A program made the position numbers and the translations under genes. The notes below the pieces were generated by a model. It made no database searches. It was not told the DNA's origin and saw only the letters and a program-made list of their open reading frames with translations. A stretch of 64,000 nt of DNA from Candidatus Saccharimonas sp. (lineage in GTDB: Bacteria; Patescibacteriota; Saccharimonadia; Saccharimonadales; Saccharimonadaceae): positions 77,112-141,111 of the forward strand of contig JAVTWQ010000015.1 in assembly GCA_032229905.1 (NCBI GenBank), written 5' to 3'. Positions 53,702-63,945 of this stretch are shown piece by piece; position 1 is the stretch's first letter, and every line of letters begins with the position of its first letter.

Positions 53702-54645
53702 TACTTATTCCTCCTTCCAGAATCCTTAGCCACAATCCGTGTCACGTGGGCTTCTTTAGCCGCGCGGGCCCGGGCCTCAGCTGCTCGCTGGTTCTTACCT
53801 GTCGTTTTTTCAGCGGTTGGCTCAGAGGCAATTTCTTCCATTTCCTCTTCGTCCTCCTTTAGTATATAGGCTTGCTGGGCCACTGCTACCATGTTAGACA
53901 CTACATAATAAAGGGCAATGGCGCCGGGTAAAGATATCATGATAAAGAACATCATGATTGGCATAAACTTCATCATATTGTTACTTACGGCCTGGTTCAT
54001 ATCGCTTTGATCATGCTTTTTGCCGTCAGCTGCCTCGGACATAATATCGCGCAGTTTACGCTTTGGAACGTTTTTAGGCATAATTTGCTTACTCATTATG
54101 TACTGAGTACCAGCTCCAATTAGGGCGATAATCATAAGTGGCCAATAGATCTGGCCATTTTGAACAGCTGTTTTATTTAGGTCAATAAACCCAAAAGCCA
54201 CGTGCGACAAGCTACCGGGGTTTTGGATAAGGTTATGAACAGCTGGTAGGCCTTCTAAAAAGTCATAGGTCCACTTACCAATCTGGTCAGGTTGCTCAGC
54301 AAATATCTTAATAACACTAAACAAGCCAAAGAATATCGGTAGCTGGATTAGCAATATACCAATCGAGCGCCATGGGCTGACATTATACTTTTTATATAGC
54401 TCCATCATGGCTACGCCTTGCATTTGGCGGTTGTCTTTATACTGGGCCTGGATCTTTTTCAGCTCCGGCTGCAGCTTTTGCATAGCCCGCGATTGATGTA
54501 GCTGCTTTTTAAGCAGTGGGTACAGGGCAAAACGAATTACAATTGTGAATATTACTAAGGTGATACCAAGGTCAGCCCCCGGCACCACGCTATAAATAAT
54601 GACTAAGATATTGAAAATTGGTTGTACGATCAGCGAGTCAAACAT
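53701..54645 (-). CDS. yidC: membrane protein insertase YidC
   Basis: Conserved position rpmH-rnpA-yidC-jag, about five TM segments, and a basic C-terminal tail. Confidence 0.85.
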   Translation of the reverse strand: MFDSLIVQPIFNILVIIYSVVPGADLGITLVIFTIVIRFALYPLLKKQLHQSRAMQKLQPELKKIQAQYKDNRQMQGVAMMELYKKYNVSPWRSIGILLIQLPIFFGLFSVIKIFAEQPDQIGKWTYDFLEGLPAVHNLIQNPGSLSHVAFGFIDLNKTAVQNGQIYWPLMIIALIGAGTQYIMSKQIMPKNVPKRKLRDIMSEAADGKKHDQSDMNQAVSNNMMKFMPIMMFFIMISLPGAIALYYVVSNMVAVAQQAYILKEDEEEMEEIASEPTAEKTTGKNQRAAEARARAAKEAHVTRIVAKDSGRRNK

Positions 54646-54675
54646 TACTACTCCCAGGCTAGATTATTTTCACTA

Positions 54676-55038
54676 TTATACCACTGTTGCGGCGCCTAAA
54701 ATAGGGGTTTGGCTTAAGGAAGCCTTGATCGTTTCAGATAAATCACTATGACTAGCGGCTAATAGCTCGCCCGATATAATAATAACGGCGATATCATAGG
54801 TACCACTAAACCCGGGAAGCTCATTACGAATAATTTCATAAACCCGGCGGCGCGCCCGGTTGCGCCCAACAGCCGATTTATGCACCTTTTTACTTATAAC
54901 AACACTTATGCGGCTATGTTTCCGGCGTGGGTTGGGTGAATATTTTAGGGTCAGCCAATGAGACCGAACGGATGATCCGTTTTTATAGAGGTATTTTAGG
55001 CTCCCATGGCCATGAAACCGGTTAATAGCTGACAACAT
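54676..55038 (-). CDS. rnpA: ribonuclease P protein component
   Basis: 120 aa basic protein between rpmH and yidC, with the KSAVGRNRARRRVYE (RNR-type) motif. Confidence 0.8.
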   Translation of the reverse strand: MLSAINRFHGHGSLKYLYKNGSSVRSHWLTLKYSPNPRRKHSRISVVISKKVHKSAVGRNRARRRVYEIIRNELPGFSGTYDIAVIIISGELLAASHSDLSETIKASLSQTPILGAATVV

Positions 55039-55083
55039 ATGATCTTATTATACTAAAAACCCCGGGTTATCCGGGGGTTTTAG

Positions 55084-55221
55084 TTAAACGCTTAGTTTAG
55101 CGCGGCCTTTAGCGCGGCGGCGCTTAAGCACCAGTCGGCCAGATTTTGTGGCTACGCGGGCACGAAACCCATGCGTTTTAGCACGGTGGCGTGTGTGTGG
55201 TTGGTGTGTTCGCTTTGGCAT
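55084..55221 (-). CDS. rpmH: 50S ribosomal protein L34
   Basis: [45 protein letters not shown] (45 aa). The track ORF to 55335 is an upstream over-extension. Confidence 0.9.
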   Translation of the reverse strand: MPKRTHQPHTRHRAKTHGFRARVATKSGRLVLKRRRAKGRAKLSV

Positions 55222-55230
55222 ATCTTTGGT

Positions 55231-55259
55231 ATTATACCCCTTCTCTCTCTTAAAATCAA
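55231..55259 (-). promoter_or_regulatory. rpmH promoter (near-leaderless)
   Basis: On the minus strand: TTGATT (55259-55254), a 17-nt spacer, TATAAT (55236-55231), then 9 nt to the ATG. Confidence 0.6.
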
Positions 55260-55327
55260 ACCTGGCTTTTTGTAAAGTTTGCAAATATATATACTCGCCA
55301 TATCCTTTATCCCCAATTGGTGTAGAA

Positions 55328-55424
55328 TTATCCACAGAATTAACAGGGGTAGTTTGAAACTGTGGATAATTATCACCCCTATTCTCACCTATCTTGTTGT
55401 TACTGAACCTCAGGTTGTGGAAAA
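55328..55424. promoter_or_regulatory. DnaA-box cluster upstream of dnaA (oriC part 1)
   Basis: A perfect TTATCCACA at 55328-55336, and its perfect complement TGTGGATAA at 55361-55369 (inverted, 24 bp apart). TGTGGAAAA at 55416-55424 has one mismatch. Confidence 0.75.
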
Positions 55425-55482
55425 CTACCCTACTCTTGTATACTTAAGGTAGTATTGAAGCATTTAGAGGGGGTTTTAGCTC

Positions 55483-56844
55483 GTGCAAAGCGCACTATGG
55501 CAGAGTGTTTTAGGGGAGATTGAGTTGACCGTTAGCCACGGTAACTTTACCACTTGGTTTAAAAACACCGAGCTATTAGAATGCACTGCCGACAAAGTAG
55601 TTATTGGTGTTCCGAATGTATTTGCCATTAGGCAGTTCGAGGTTAAGTTCGATGCAAATATCAGGAGCATCCTAAAAAGTAACGGTGTCGATACCGAGGC
55701 CGTACAATATGTTGTACGCTCCGCTAAAAAACACGTTATAAACCGCGAAACTACTGGTGAATCACGCCATGCCTCGGCCGCAAACGACCTACTGTCGCCT
55801 ATCACCCAAAATAGCGCCGGCACTACTAACCGCCTAAGCCTTAACCCCCGTTACACATTCGATAATTTTGTTGTTGGGTCTTGTAACGACCTAGCTTATA
55901 CCGCCTGCCAAGCCGTTGCCCATGAGCCCGGCACTAAATATAACCCACTATATATTTATGGTGGAGTGGGGCTAGGTAAAACCCACCTTATTCAGGCAGT
56001 TGGTAACGAAATATTAAAGCGTAACCCATCAGCTAAGATAATATACACCACCACCGAGGCCTTCACTAAAGAGTTCACCGATGCTATCCGCTACAAGCGC
56101 AAGGTGTCTGACCAATACCGCAAGGCCGACGTATTAATAGTTGATGATATGCAATTTATTGTCGGTAAAGAAAAAACCCAAGAAGAATTTTTCCATACCT
56201 TTAATGAGCTCCACCAGGCTAATAAGCAGGTTATAATTAGCAGCGATAAGCCGCCACGCAGTATCCCCACCCTAACCGAGCGCCTACGTAGCCGGTTTGA
56301 ATGGGGCATGACAATTGATATTCAAATGCCAGATTACGAAACCCGCTGCGCTATCATCGAAACCAAAGCCGCTCAATCTGGTATCACACTAGAGCGTGAA
56401 ACGGTTGAATACCTAGCCGAGAATATCAAAAGTAATATCCGCGAACTTGAAGGTGTATTAAACCAATTACTCGCCTACGCCGATATGCGCGGCATTACGC
56501 CCGATATAAATACAGCCGAAGGCTTACTTGGCAACGTAAGGCATAGCCGGCCTCAGCATATTACAGCTAAGCAAGTAATAGATAAAACTGCCAGGCATTT
56601 TGGTATCGAGGTGCGCGAAATCTGTGGCAATAAGCGCGATAAGCATATAGTTGTACCCCGTCAAATTGCTATGTATTTACTAAGGAGCGAACTGCACTTA
56701 TCGTTCCCTAAAATATCGCAAGAGCTTGGCCGTAAAGACCATACTACCGCAATCCATTCGGTTGAAAAGATTGAAAAGTCGATTAAGCTCGACCTACTAA
56801 CCCGTGAGCAAGTCGCCGAAATAAGGGATAAATTGTATGCCTAA
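55483..56844 (+). CDS. dnaA: chromosomal replication initiator DnaA
   Basis: GTG start. ALWQSVLGEIE N-terminus, Walker A GGVGLGKTHL, LIVDDMQF, and a C-terminal DNA-binding region (RDHTTAIHS-type, here KDHTTAIHS). Confidence 0.9.
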   Translation: MQSALWQSVLGEIELTVSHGNFTTWFKNTELLECTADKVVIGVPNVFAIRQFEVKFDANIRSILKSNGVDTEAVQYVVRSAKKHVINRETTGESRHASAANDLLSPITQNSAGTTNRLSLNPRYTFDNFVVGSCNDLAYTACQAVAHEPGTKYNPLYIYGGVGLGKTHLIQAVGNEILKRNPSAKIIYTTTEAFTKEFTDAIRYKRKVSDQYRKADVLIVDDMQFIVGKEKTQEEFFHTFNELHQANKQVIISSDKPPRSIPTLTERLRSRFEWGMTIDIQMPDYETRCAIIETKAAQSGITLERETVEYLAENIKSNIRELEGVLNQLLAYADMRGITPDINTAEGLLGNVRHSRPQHITAKQVIDKTARHFGIEVREICGNKRDKHIVVPRQIAMYLLRSELHLSFPKISQELGRKDHTTAIHSVEKIEKSIKLDLLTREQVAEIRDKLYA

Positions 56845-56902
56845 TAACTGTGCAAAAAACGTGTACAACCTGTGGCCTAGCCGCGGTACAACCTGTGCCT
56901 AT

Positions 56903-57110
56903 GAATCCACAACAAGTACTACACTTAGTACCAATAGCCTGCTTGTGTGGGTAAAAGTAGTTATACATCCGCTTTTTATCCGAGTGGCTTCCACTGTGTT
57001 TTCCACTGTTAAAATTACTTATTTAACTCCTACTGAACACTATTTGTACCCAGTTTCCACAGGCCCTATTATAAGGTTCACTAATTTAAAAAAAGGAAGG
57101 AATAACTAAT
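56903..57110. promoter_or_regulatory. dnaA-dnaN intergenic region with degenerate DnaA boxes and an AT-rich stretch (oriC part 2)
   Basis: TGTGGGTAA at 56946-56954 (1 mismatch); GAATCCACA at 56903-56911, TTTTCCACT at 56999-57007 and GTTTCCACA at 57053-57061 (2 mismatches each). The AT-rich TTCACTAATTTAAAAAAAGG lies just before dnaN. Confidence 0.55.
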
Positions 57111-58211
57111 ATGGAACTTTCAGTCACCCAGGAAAACCTAGCCCGCGCTTTAAGTGCAGTTAGTCGCGTAGCAAGCAGTAAGGCCGGCTTACCAATCCTA
57201 TCGAATATACTTTTTAGGACCGAAGGCAACCGCTTACTTGTAGCGGCCACCAACCTAGAAATCGCCGCCACCTACTATATTGGTGCAAAAGTAGCAAAAC
57301 AAGGTAGCGTAACTCTGCCAGCCCGGTTAGTTAGTGAGTTTGTTAGTTCATTACCACGTGGCACAGTCGATATAAGCGTAAAAGCTGCTCATATGACCCT
57401 AACATCCGGCAACTACACGTCGGTTGTTAATGGTATCGATGCCGATGAGTTCCCGGAATTACCAACTATAGACGAAACAAAAGCCGTTACCTATACGGTT
57501 GTTACGGCTGACTTAAAACAGGCTCTTGGCCAAACTATCATTACCGCAAGTAGCGACTCAACAAGGCCTGTCCTAACCGGTGTTTACTGGCATACAGTAG
57601 ATGGAGGCTTATACCTTGCTGCGACCGATGGCTACCGCCTATCGGAGCGGAAACTACTAGATAGCAATAGTGAAATCGCTGCTATCGTACCAACTAGTAG
57701 TTTGCAGGAAGTATTACGAACTATTAACGAAACAATTGATGAAGTCGAAGTTCTATTTGACGATACTCAGGTAAGGTTTAGGGTCGGCGAAGCCGAAATA
57801 ACTAGCCGCCTTATTGATGGCAAATACCCAGATTACCGCCAACTTATACCGGCTAGTTCTGAGACAACCGTGAACATAAAAGCGGAGGAGTTTACCCGTA
57901 CAGTTAAAATTGCTAGCTTATTTGCCCGCGAAAGTGGCGGTTCAGTTACTCTAAATGCCAGTAATGAGAAGCAAGAATTATCAATTCACTCAATCGCCTC
58001 GGAACTGGGCGAAAATACATCAGTTGCACCAGCTACTGTTAGTGCTGATGGCCAAATTACCCTTAACTCACGCTATGTAACAGATGCTTTATCGGTCCTA
58101 GATAGCCCCGAAGTGACCTTCCGTTTTAGCGGCAAGCTCAGCCCCTGTGTACTAACGGCTACTCAAAAAGACCAAACCTACACCCACATAATTATGCCAC
58201 TTAAAAGCTAA
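57111..58211 (+). CDS. dnaN: DNA polymerase III beta sliding clamp
   Basis: 366 aa, directly after dnaA. The N-terminus MELSVTQENLARALSAVSRVAS and three-domain length are typical. Confidence 0.9.
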   Translation: MELSVTQENLARALSAVSRVASSKAGLPILSNILFRTEGNRLLVAATNLEIAATYYIGAKVAKQGSVTLPARLVSEFVSSLPRGTVDISVKAAHMTLTSGNYTSVVNGIDADEFPELPTIDETKAVTYTVVTADLKQALGQTIITASSDSTRPVLTGVYWHTVDGGLYLAATDGYRLSERKLLDSNSEIAAIVPTSSLQEVLRTINETIDEVEVLFDDTQVRFRVGEAEITSRLIDGKYPDYRQLIPASSETTVNIKAEEFTRTVKIASLFARESGGSVTLNASNEKQELSIHSIASELGENTSVAPATVSADGQITLNSRYVTDALSVLDSPEVTFRFSGKLSPCVLTATQKDQTYTHIIMPLKS

Positions 58212-59569
58212 TTACTTATAATTCGCCCAGAGGTCGGGCTAACTATAACAAAATGATAGCTATAATTTGTTGCCTTTGGTTCTTTATGGATACAATCTGA
58301 AACCTGTTTTATGGTAGTTTCTAGTGAGCTATCGCTAAAGACGTTTATAGTATATTGTTTGTCAGAACTACTATAATTTATATCAGTAGAACAACTATTA
58401 ATTAGTGATGACACATCTGAATTATTTGTAATGGATGTCGATATAGTCGAACTACTATCACTTAATAAATAGTAGCTACTATCTCCTGATCTAAGCAATA
58501 TAAAGTTATCAGATTGACCAACCACGCTTGAAAAACTAGCATTATTAGGTAGCACTGAATCTTTAGTGATAGTTAAGGGTAAACCCAATAATGACTTAGT
58601 ATTATATTTAAGTAAGGCACCCCTACTATCATTATCAGATATAATTACAATGCGTCTGTTAATAACACCATAGTAATTATTAGTCGAGCTAACACTACCT
58701 AATGATTCCGTTTTACCGTTTGCTATATATAACTTAGCATCGTATGGCCCAGCGTCGGTGTATTCAACATTATCACTTACCGAACCAGTGGCTGTTAATA
58801 CAAGCGTTCCGCTAGGGTTATCGATATGAGTAGCTATACCAGTGTATGAGGCTATCTTATCAAAAAAGTGATCAGTTAGCTTAATAATAGTCGAGCTAAT
58901 GGCAGTACCGTCTTGGTTAATAGCGATAGCGCAAACTGATTTATCGCAGCCATAGATTGATGATATTGAAGCAGTGTTAGCCGATATGTCAGTAATAGTA
59001 TTAACTTGACCAGTGGACGGATTATATTTCTGGAAAGTAATCAAACCACCGGGAGATTGAATAGCGTAATAGGCTAAACCACTGTCTGTATCGTAATAAA
59101 CCTGGCTCACAACACTGTCGCGGGTTATGAGTCTAATATCTTTCGATGTAAAATCTATATACCATGAATAGTTTACGGCTTCTTGGTCTGTATCACTACC
59201 AAACACATCTATGCTATTTTGAGCCTTAGTGTATAGTACCGAGCCACTAAACTTTACTATCACGCCTTTATCCCCCACCCAAGCTAGGCTACTTATAGTA
59301 GGTATCCTTAGCCCATTAAGCAGGGTGGTAGTATCACCGGATTTTATATTTGTTTTCATGAATGCATCACCGTCTGTGCTATATATCTCACTATTATATA
59401 AGTGGGCATAACTATTACTTCCTAGAGCTAACTTGCTTATAACCGGTGAGCTAGCAGGGTTATTAGCTAGGGATAATATAACAATAAGTATAGTAATAGA
59501 TATTATTAATGAGGCTATAATACGAATAACCTTAGGTTTATTTTTGAATAAATCAATAATATTTTGCAT
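58208..59569 (-). CDS. membrane-anchored extracytoplasmic protein (beta-rich, S/T/N-rich), last gene of the 58-64 kb operon
   Basis: N-terminal TM (VIRIIASLIISITILIVILSLA). Very AT-rich coding sequence. Its stop overlaps the dnaN stop convergently. Confidence 0.5.
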   Translation of the reverse strand: MQNIIDLFKNKPKVIRIIASLIISITILIVILSLANNPASSPVISKLALGSNSYAHLYNSEIYSTDGDAFMKTNIKSGDTTTLLNGLRIPTISSLAWVGDKGVIVKFSGSVLYTKAQNSIDVFGSDTDQEAVNYSWYIDFTSKDIRLITRDSVVSQVYYDTDSGLAYYAIQSPGGLITFQKYNPSTGQVNTITDISANTASISSIYGCDKSVCAIAINQDGTAISSTIIKLTDHFFDKIASYTGIATHIDNPSGTLVLTATGSVSDNVEYTDAGPYDAKLYIANGKTESLGSVSSTNNYYGVINRRIVIISDNDSRGALLKYNTKSLLGLPLTITKDSVLPNNASFSSVVGQSDNFILLRSGDSSYYLLSDSSSTISTSITNNSDVSSLINSCSTDINYSSSDKQYTINVFSDSSLETTIKQVSDCIHKEPKATNYSYHFVIVSPTSGRIISN

Positions 59570-59572
59570 AGA

Positions 59573-60967
59573 CTATAAAGTCGATCCCTTATTAGGTAAT
59601 GCTTGAAATGTATTAAATAGCTGAGGTCCGATATCTCTAAAGAATTGTTGATTGGCTACAGGGCAATTTTCACGCTTACAGAATGGGCGCGAGCTACCTT
59701 GTACAGCATCGATATGCAGGTGAACCGTACCACAACCATTAGCAGCTGATCCAACTACGCCAACCTGTTGGCCGAGGTTTAACTGCTGACCTTTTGTTAC
59801 CATTGAAGACGTATTCATGTGCATATAGGTAATAGTTTTATTATTTTCTTTATTGTATACTTCGATTGCTCTACCGCCACATTTATCATTGCCAACACTA
59901 ACTACAGTACCTGACATGAAGGCAACGACTGGAGTGCCCGATGTGGATAATATATCAAATGCAATATACGGGTGTCCACTACGACTGGCCGTACCATTGG
60001 CAAACATGCCTGGATTAGTAACAACAGCCTTAGTGCCTTTTAACGGGAAGGCGGTGTCGCCTACAATAGACGCACTGCCGCCACCAGATCCACCAGTAGA
60101 CTCTACACCGCTGCAGGCGCTTGATTCTGATATATTAGATAGAGTAGCGGAGGCACTAGTATTACCATTCATTTTTCCACCAAGGTACTTATATACAGCG
60201 AGTGCCCCCACATTGCCATCCTTCTTACCTTCTACATTATTTAGTTTTTTAGAACCAAAGTATGAATCAGCGTGAATCCAGCTCATGCCTATATGCTGGT
60301 CGTCAAGGTAGTTAGCAACATACGGCGACTGCTGCCAGGTTGCACCGGCCGATTTATACATACTGCCACGGTTATAGGCTAGAAACCCATTAGCTATAGC
60401 GTCTAATGATTGATCAGTTTTAATATTCACACCATACACACCTTTCACGTTACCGATAAAATGTTGTGCTGCTAAGATAGCATCCTGGTTAGGATCAGAT
60501 GACATCCGTACACCATCTACAGATAAGCCATTTTTTAAAGGCTCACCATCGGCAATAGAACTAGTAGGGTTAAGTCCACCCTCACGGTAATGTAGGGCAG
60601 CTAGTATTTGCCAAGGCAAGCCAGTGGCGGACTGAGCGGCAGCGTAGCGTAGCATATTTGCCTGTACTTTTGCTAAAACATTACCACTTTTTAGTCTTGA
60701 TAAGGTTTCAGCTGGTAAATCACCAGATACATTTACACTAACACTTGTTGTATCTGAAGTTGAGGTTGAGGTTGAACACGTTGCACGAGGGTCATAGTAG
60801 AATATATCGTTATCTTTGTAGAATTGTTCGTCTAAGGACGTACTCGGGTCATTAGATAAAGCTGAGACAACTGAAGCTATACTGCTGGATAATAAGATAA
60901 CTATCAATAACAGACTAGAAGATCTTAATAAAAATTTATTTGTTCTTATTCTATTCACCACTATCAT
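59573..60967 (-). CDS. secreted/anchored peptidoglycan hydrolase with a C-terminal M23 (LytM-type) peptidase domain
   Basis: N-terminal signal anchor. The C-terminus carries HPYIAFD (HxxxD) and TVHLHID (HxH), the M23 zinc ligand motifs. The N-terminal roughly 250 aa are unassigned. Confidence 0.7.
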   Translation of the reverse strand: MIVVNRIRTNKFLLRSSSLLLIVILLSSSIASVVSALSNDPSTSLDEQFYKDNDIFYYDPRATCSTSTSTSDTTSVSVNVSGDLPAETLSRLKSGNVLAKVQANMLRYAAAQSATGLPWQILAALHYREGGLNPTSSIADGEPLKNGLSVDGVRMSSDPNQDAILAAQHFIGNVKGVYGVNIKTDQSLDAIANGFLAYNRGSMYKSAGATWQQSPYVANYLDDQHIGMSWIHADSYFGSKKLNNVEGKKDGNVGALAVYKYLGGKMNGNTSASATLSNISESSACSGVESTGGSGGGSASIVGDTAFPLKGTKAVVTNPGMFANGTASRSGHPYIAFDILSTSGTPVVAFMSGTVVSVGNDKCGGRAIEVYNKENNKTITYMHMNTSSMVTKGQQLNLGQQVGVVGSAANGCGTVHLHIDAVQGSSRPFCKRENCPVANQQFFRDIGPQLFNTFQALPNKGSTL

Positions 60968-61718
60968 TCCAATAGATTACTTTACCATTAGGCATTTGAT
61001 TATTGTTTGCATTGGCTGGATCAGCGTATTGTAAATAATAATCATATTTTTTACTACCAACCACCTGGCTAATGATTTGCAGTATATCATTATGGCTAGT
61101 GCCGGGCGCAGTTGATGTAACTAGCAAAATCGGACGATCTATATCATCTTGGGCTAATAGGTTAATCGTAACCTTATCAGATTGATAGAATGTAATAATA
61201 CCACTTAGGTAGTTTTCATAAAACACTATGGGTATAGCTTTGTCTTGTTGGTACTGAGACTCTAACTGTTTTTTCGCATCTAAAAAATCGTTTAAAGTAC
61301 TGGCCTTAATACAGGCTGAGTTATTGAAATGATTACAGAAACCAGCTGTAGTTAAGCTGTTTATTTTAATTGTGCCACTTGTGAGGTCTTTGGCTAGCGA
61401 GGCGGCGGCTAGCTCCCCAATGTCTATACTCGTATATAATATTGGGCTAATGTTGATGGTCTGTTTAACGCTATAATATCCGGTCTTAGAAACTGTTACT
61501 AAATGTTCCCCGCGTGATAAAAACTGTAACGAGCCTTGGCTAACAGGGCTAGTTGATGAATCAATAAATATACTAACTCCAGGAGTTGATGAATTTATAG
61601 TCACAACACCAGGTGCAAAAACGGCTAACATTATTAAAACAAAAATGAGTACACCTATAAGAAGCAGTTTCCGGTGAGAACTTAACCACTTGATTAAATA
61701 CCTAGAGCTATCCGCCAT
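60951..61718 (-). CDS. membrane-anchored protein with a PEGA-like beta domain
   Basis: TM (LLLIGVLIFVLIMLAVFA), then GVSIFIDSSTSPVSQGSLQFLSRGEHLVTVSKTGYYSVKQTINI. Overlaps both neighbours (17 and 11 nt). Confidence 0.45.
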   Translation of the reverse strand: MADSSRYLIKWLSSHRKLLLIGVLIFVLIMLAVFAPGVVTINSSTPGVSIFIDSSTSPVSQGSLQFLSRGEHLVTVSKTGYYSVKQTINISPILYTSIDIGELAAASLAKDLTSGTIKINSLTTAGFCNHFNNSACIKASTLNDFLDAKKQLESQYQQDKAIPIVFYENYLSGIITFYQSDKVTINLLAQDDIDRPILLVTSTAPGTSHNDILQIISQVVGSKKYDYYLQYADPANANNNQMPNGKVIYWNDSGE

Positions 61719-63945
61719 ACAGGGGTCCTAAATATTGGAAGTGCCAGGGTTCACAGGATGAGCCGCTACACCCACCGGCTGGCTGCATTTTCTTTGGGTT
61801 AATCCAGCCGAACTGGTAGGCGTTGCTTTTCATCCATGTGTAATCTGCAGATGTGAAACTAGAGATGCTAGCGCCCATGCCGGTTGCATTTGTGGAAATA
61901 CGAAAATCAATCGCTAGTCCCCAACCATGGTTTGATGAGCCAACTGGCGCCGCTTCGTTGCCGCCGGCCTTAGTAAAATTATCCCAGGCAGCTTGTTGTG
62001 CTGATATACTCCTAAAGCAGGCGCCTGGTATTAGATATCTGCCTGGGTTTGCTGTGTCAAACGCACGCATAAGTGCGGTAGCCGATGCTGCAGCGTTCGG
62101 GTTGAATTTGTTACCACCACCATTGGTATTTAAAGTATTACTTTGAGGGCAAATATTACCACCGCTAACACCAATTGGGGTTAAGACACCAGTTGAACTA
62201 TTGCCGTTACCTCCAAGGGCGGCTACCCATTTGTTCCATTGATCACTGCTTTTATTAATTAAACCATCGCTATCTTTACTTACCGCCCACTTGCTAGGGT
62301 CAACCATTGATACTGATCCACCACTGGTAGCGCTTGATGAGCCACCCGATGAATCACTTCCTGAGGCTTTTGGCTCATTGTCCATACCATCAATTAGCTG
62401 GCTATCGATTTGGTACAAGCCATAGTAGGCATGTTTTTTATCATCATCACTTACGGTACACTGCGACAATGAATACGAATCTCCACCGTTGCAGAGTGTT
62501 TTCCAGTTTTCAAGGTCGCTACCAGTAATAATTTTACCATCACTATCTATTTGTTTCTGATCATATAAGTACTTAACAACATCTCCTGGGTCTACCCCCA
62601 TGTAACCAGCAGGTATACCATACTGCACATCGCAGAGTGGACCAGCTGCTACGCCAGATGTAGCAACGGCATAGTCGCCATCTTCTGGGCACATTTGCCA
62701 GTCTGCCTCGCTTGCGGCACTAGCCGATGGCGCTATAAGTCCAGTGGGTATTTTACCAACAAGTTTAAATAATGATCCAAATGCATTATCAACTGATGAA
62801 AAGGTGCTGTAGTAAGGTATAAGCTGGGTGGTGATCGAACCCATAAAAGTATTAGGGTTGGATACATCTAGTGGGCTGTGAGTTAAACGGTCTTCCTCAG
62901 CCCAAGCTAGTTTGACTGGTTTTGTGATTTGATCATCAAACACCATTTTTTGCCGTGCCTTTAGCGGTAAATTGCCTACATGGTTGGATTTACTTGCCAT
63001 TACAGTTGCAAGTACTCCAACCATATCACCAAATCGTTCATTTTTAGCGTTTTTTACTAGATCACCCATAATTAGCGGGATTAAAGCCTTCCAGTCTATA
63101 ACACCCTTAAGGACATCAAGAGCCTTGCTCATAACAGTCTCAATAATAGCGTTTAGTGCTCCTGTATTGTCTAGTAACATTACAACACCGTCTACGGCAA
63201 GTGCAATCCAGCCAGCTGGGCCACTGGATGCCTTGATCGCCTTGATCGCCGATGCCGTTACCTGGGCTTCATTACTACTCACTGCATCGCAAACGGTTTT
63301 TAACTGAGGATTATTACCGGCTGCCGCAATCACATTTAGGGTAGAATTGCCGGTATAGCCTGGCATATATTCTTTTACGGTTTTAGATTTAGCGGCGCTA
63401 CCTCTATCGCCAACTACACCATAAAGTATAGCTCCAGAGTCCATGGCCGATTTACCAAGCTCCATTGCGCCAGTTGTAGTGTTCTTTACGTATTGTCGTT
63501 CGGTTAATAGGTTGCCTGTAATCTCTGTCATTCTTTCTGTTCCCTGGCCGGCTTTTGTAGCATCGGCTACTGTTAGCACAGTCGACATAACAACAGCCGC
63601 CATTTGCGCCATACGCAACTTACTTAATATGCTTACGTATACACCTGGTACTTTGGCGGCAGCACATATTCCACCACCAACCAGCAGGGCCGCATCACCC
63701 TTACCAGATAGGTCATGAGCGGTTGTTTTTGCAAACTTCTCGGCTTCGGTATCTAGCATTTCTGAGAGGCCTTTTTCTACGGCATCATCGGTTGCCCCGA
63801 GACCACTTGTTTTTGCATCTACCTTACTCGCGATGGCTTTATCAACTGCTTTCGAATCTGTGGCTTCAGATATAGATTTATCAATAGCTTTTGTCATGCC
63901 AAGTCTATGTAAAAAGTTCATCGCAGCGTCATCAAACCAGTTCAC
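61708..63945 (-). CDS. large membrane protein with a C-terminal M15 (VanY / D-Ala-D-Ala carboxypeptidase, LAS-fold) domain
   Basis: GTG start. Hydrophobic, Ala/Gly-rich N-terminal half with several TM-like segments. The C-terminus carries SSNHGWGLAIDF (SxHxxGxAxD) and CEPWHFQY, as in M15B/VanY peptidases. Confidence 0.65.
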   Translation of the reverse strand: MNWFDDAAMNFLHRLGMTKAIDKSISEATDSKAVDKAIASKVDAKTSGLGATDDAVEKGLSEMLDTEAEKFAKTTAHDLSGKGDAALLVGGGICAAAKVPGVYVSILSKLRMAQMAAVVMSTVLTVADATKAGQGTERMTEITGNLLTERQYVKNTTTGAMELGKSAMDSGAILYGVVGDRGSAAKSKTVKEYMPGYTGNSTLNVIAAAGNNPQLKTVCDAVSSNEAQVTASAIKAIKASSGPAGWIALAVDGVVMLLDNTGALNAIIETVMSKALDVLKGVIDWKALIPLIMGDLVKNAKNERFGDMVGVLATVMASKSNHVGNLPLKARQKMVFDDQITKPVKLAWAEEDRLTHSPLDVSNPNTFMGSITTQLIPYYSTFSSVDNAFGSLFKLVGKIPTGLIAPSASAASEADWQMCPEDGDYAVATSGVAAGPLCDVQYGIPAGYMGVDPGDVVKYLYDQKQIDSDGKIITGSDLENWKTLCNGGDSYSLSQCTVSDDDKKHAYYGLYQIDSQLIDGMDNEPKASGSDSSGGSSSATSGGSVSMVDPSKWAVSKDSDGLINKSSDQWNKWVAALGGNGNSSTGVLTPIGVSGGNICPQSNTLNTNGGGNKFNPNAAASATALMRAFDTANPGRYLIPGACFRSISAQQAAWDNFTKAGGNEAAPVGSSNHGWGLAIDFRISTNATGMGASISSFTSADYTWMKSNAYQFGWINPKKMQPAGGCSGSSCEPWHFQYLGPLYGG

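Noticed and set aside
55148-55823. Track ORFs 55148..55357(+), 55152..55388(-) and 55476..55823(-), and the long form of 55084..55335(-)
   Set aside because: They overlap the rpmH gene, its promoter, the DnaA-box region or dnaA in other frames. L34 is fully accounted for by the 45-aa ORF from the ATG at 55221.
58208-58211. Convergent overlap of the dnaN stop (TAA, 58209-58211) with the stop of the 453-aa gene (CTA, 58208-58210), with no terminator between them
   Set aside because: The overlap is real in the sequence, but it is a common consequence of tight packing. I see no basis for a specific regulatory claim.
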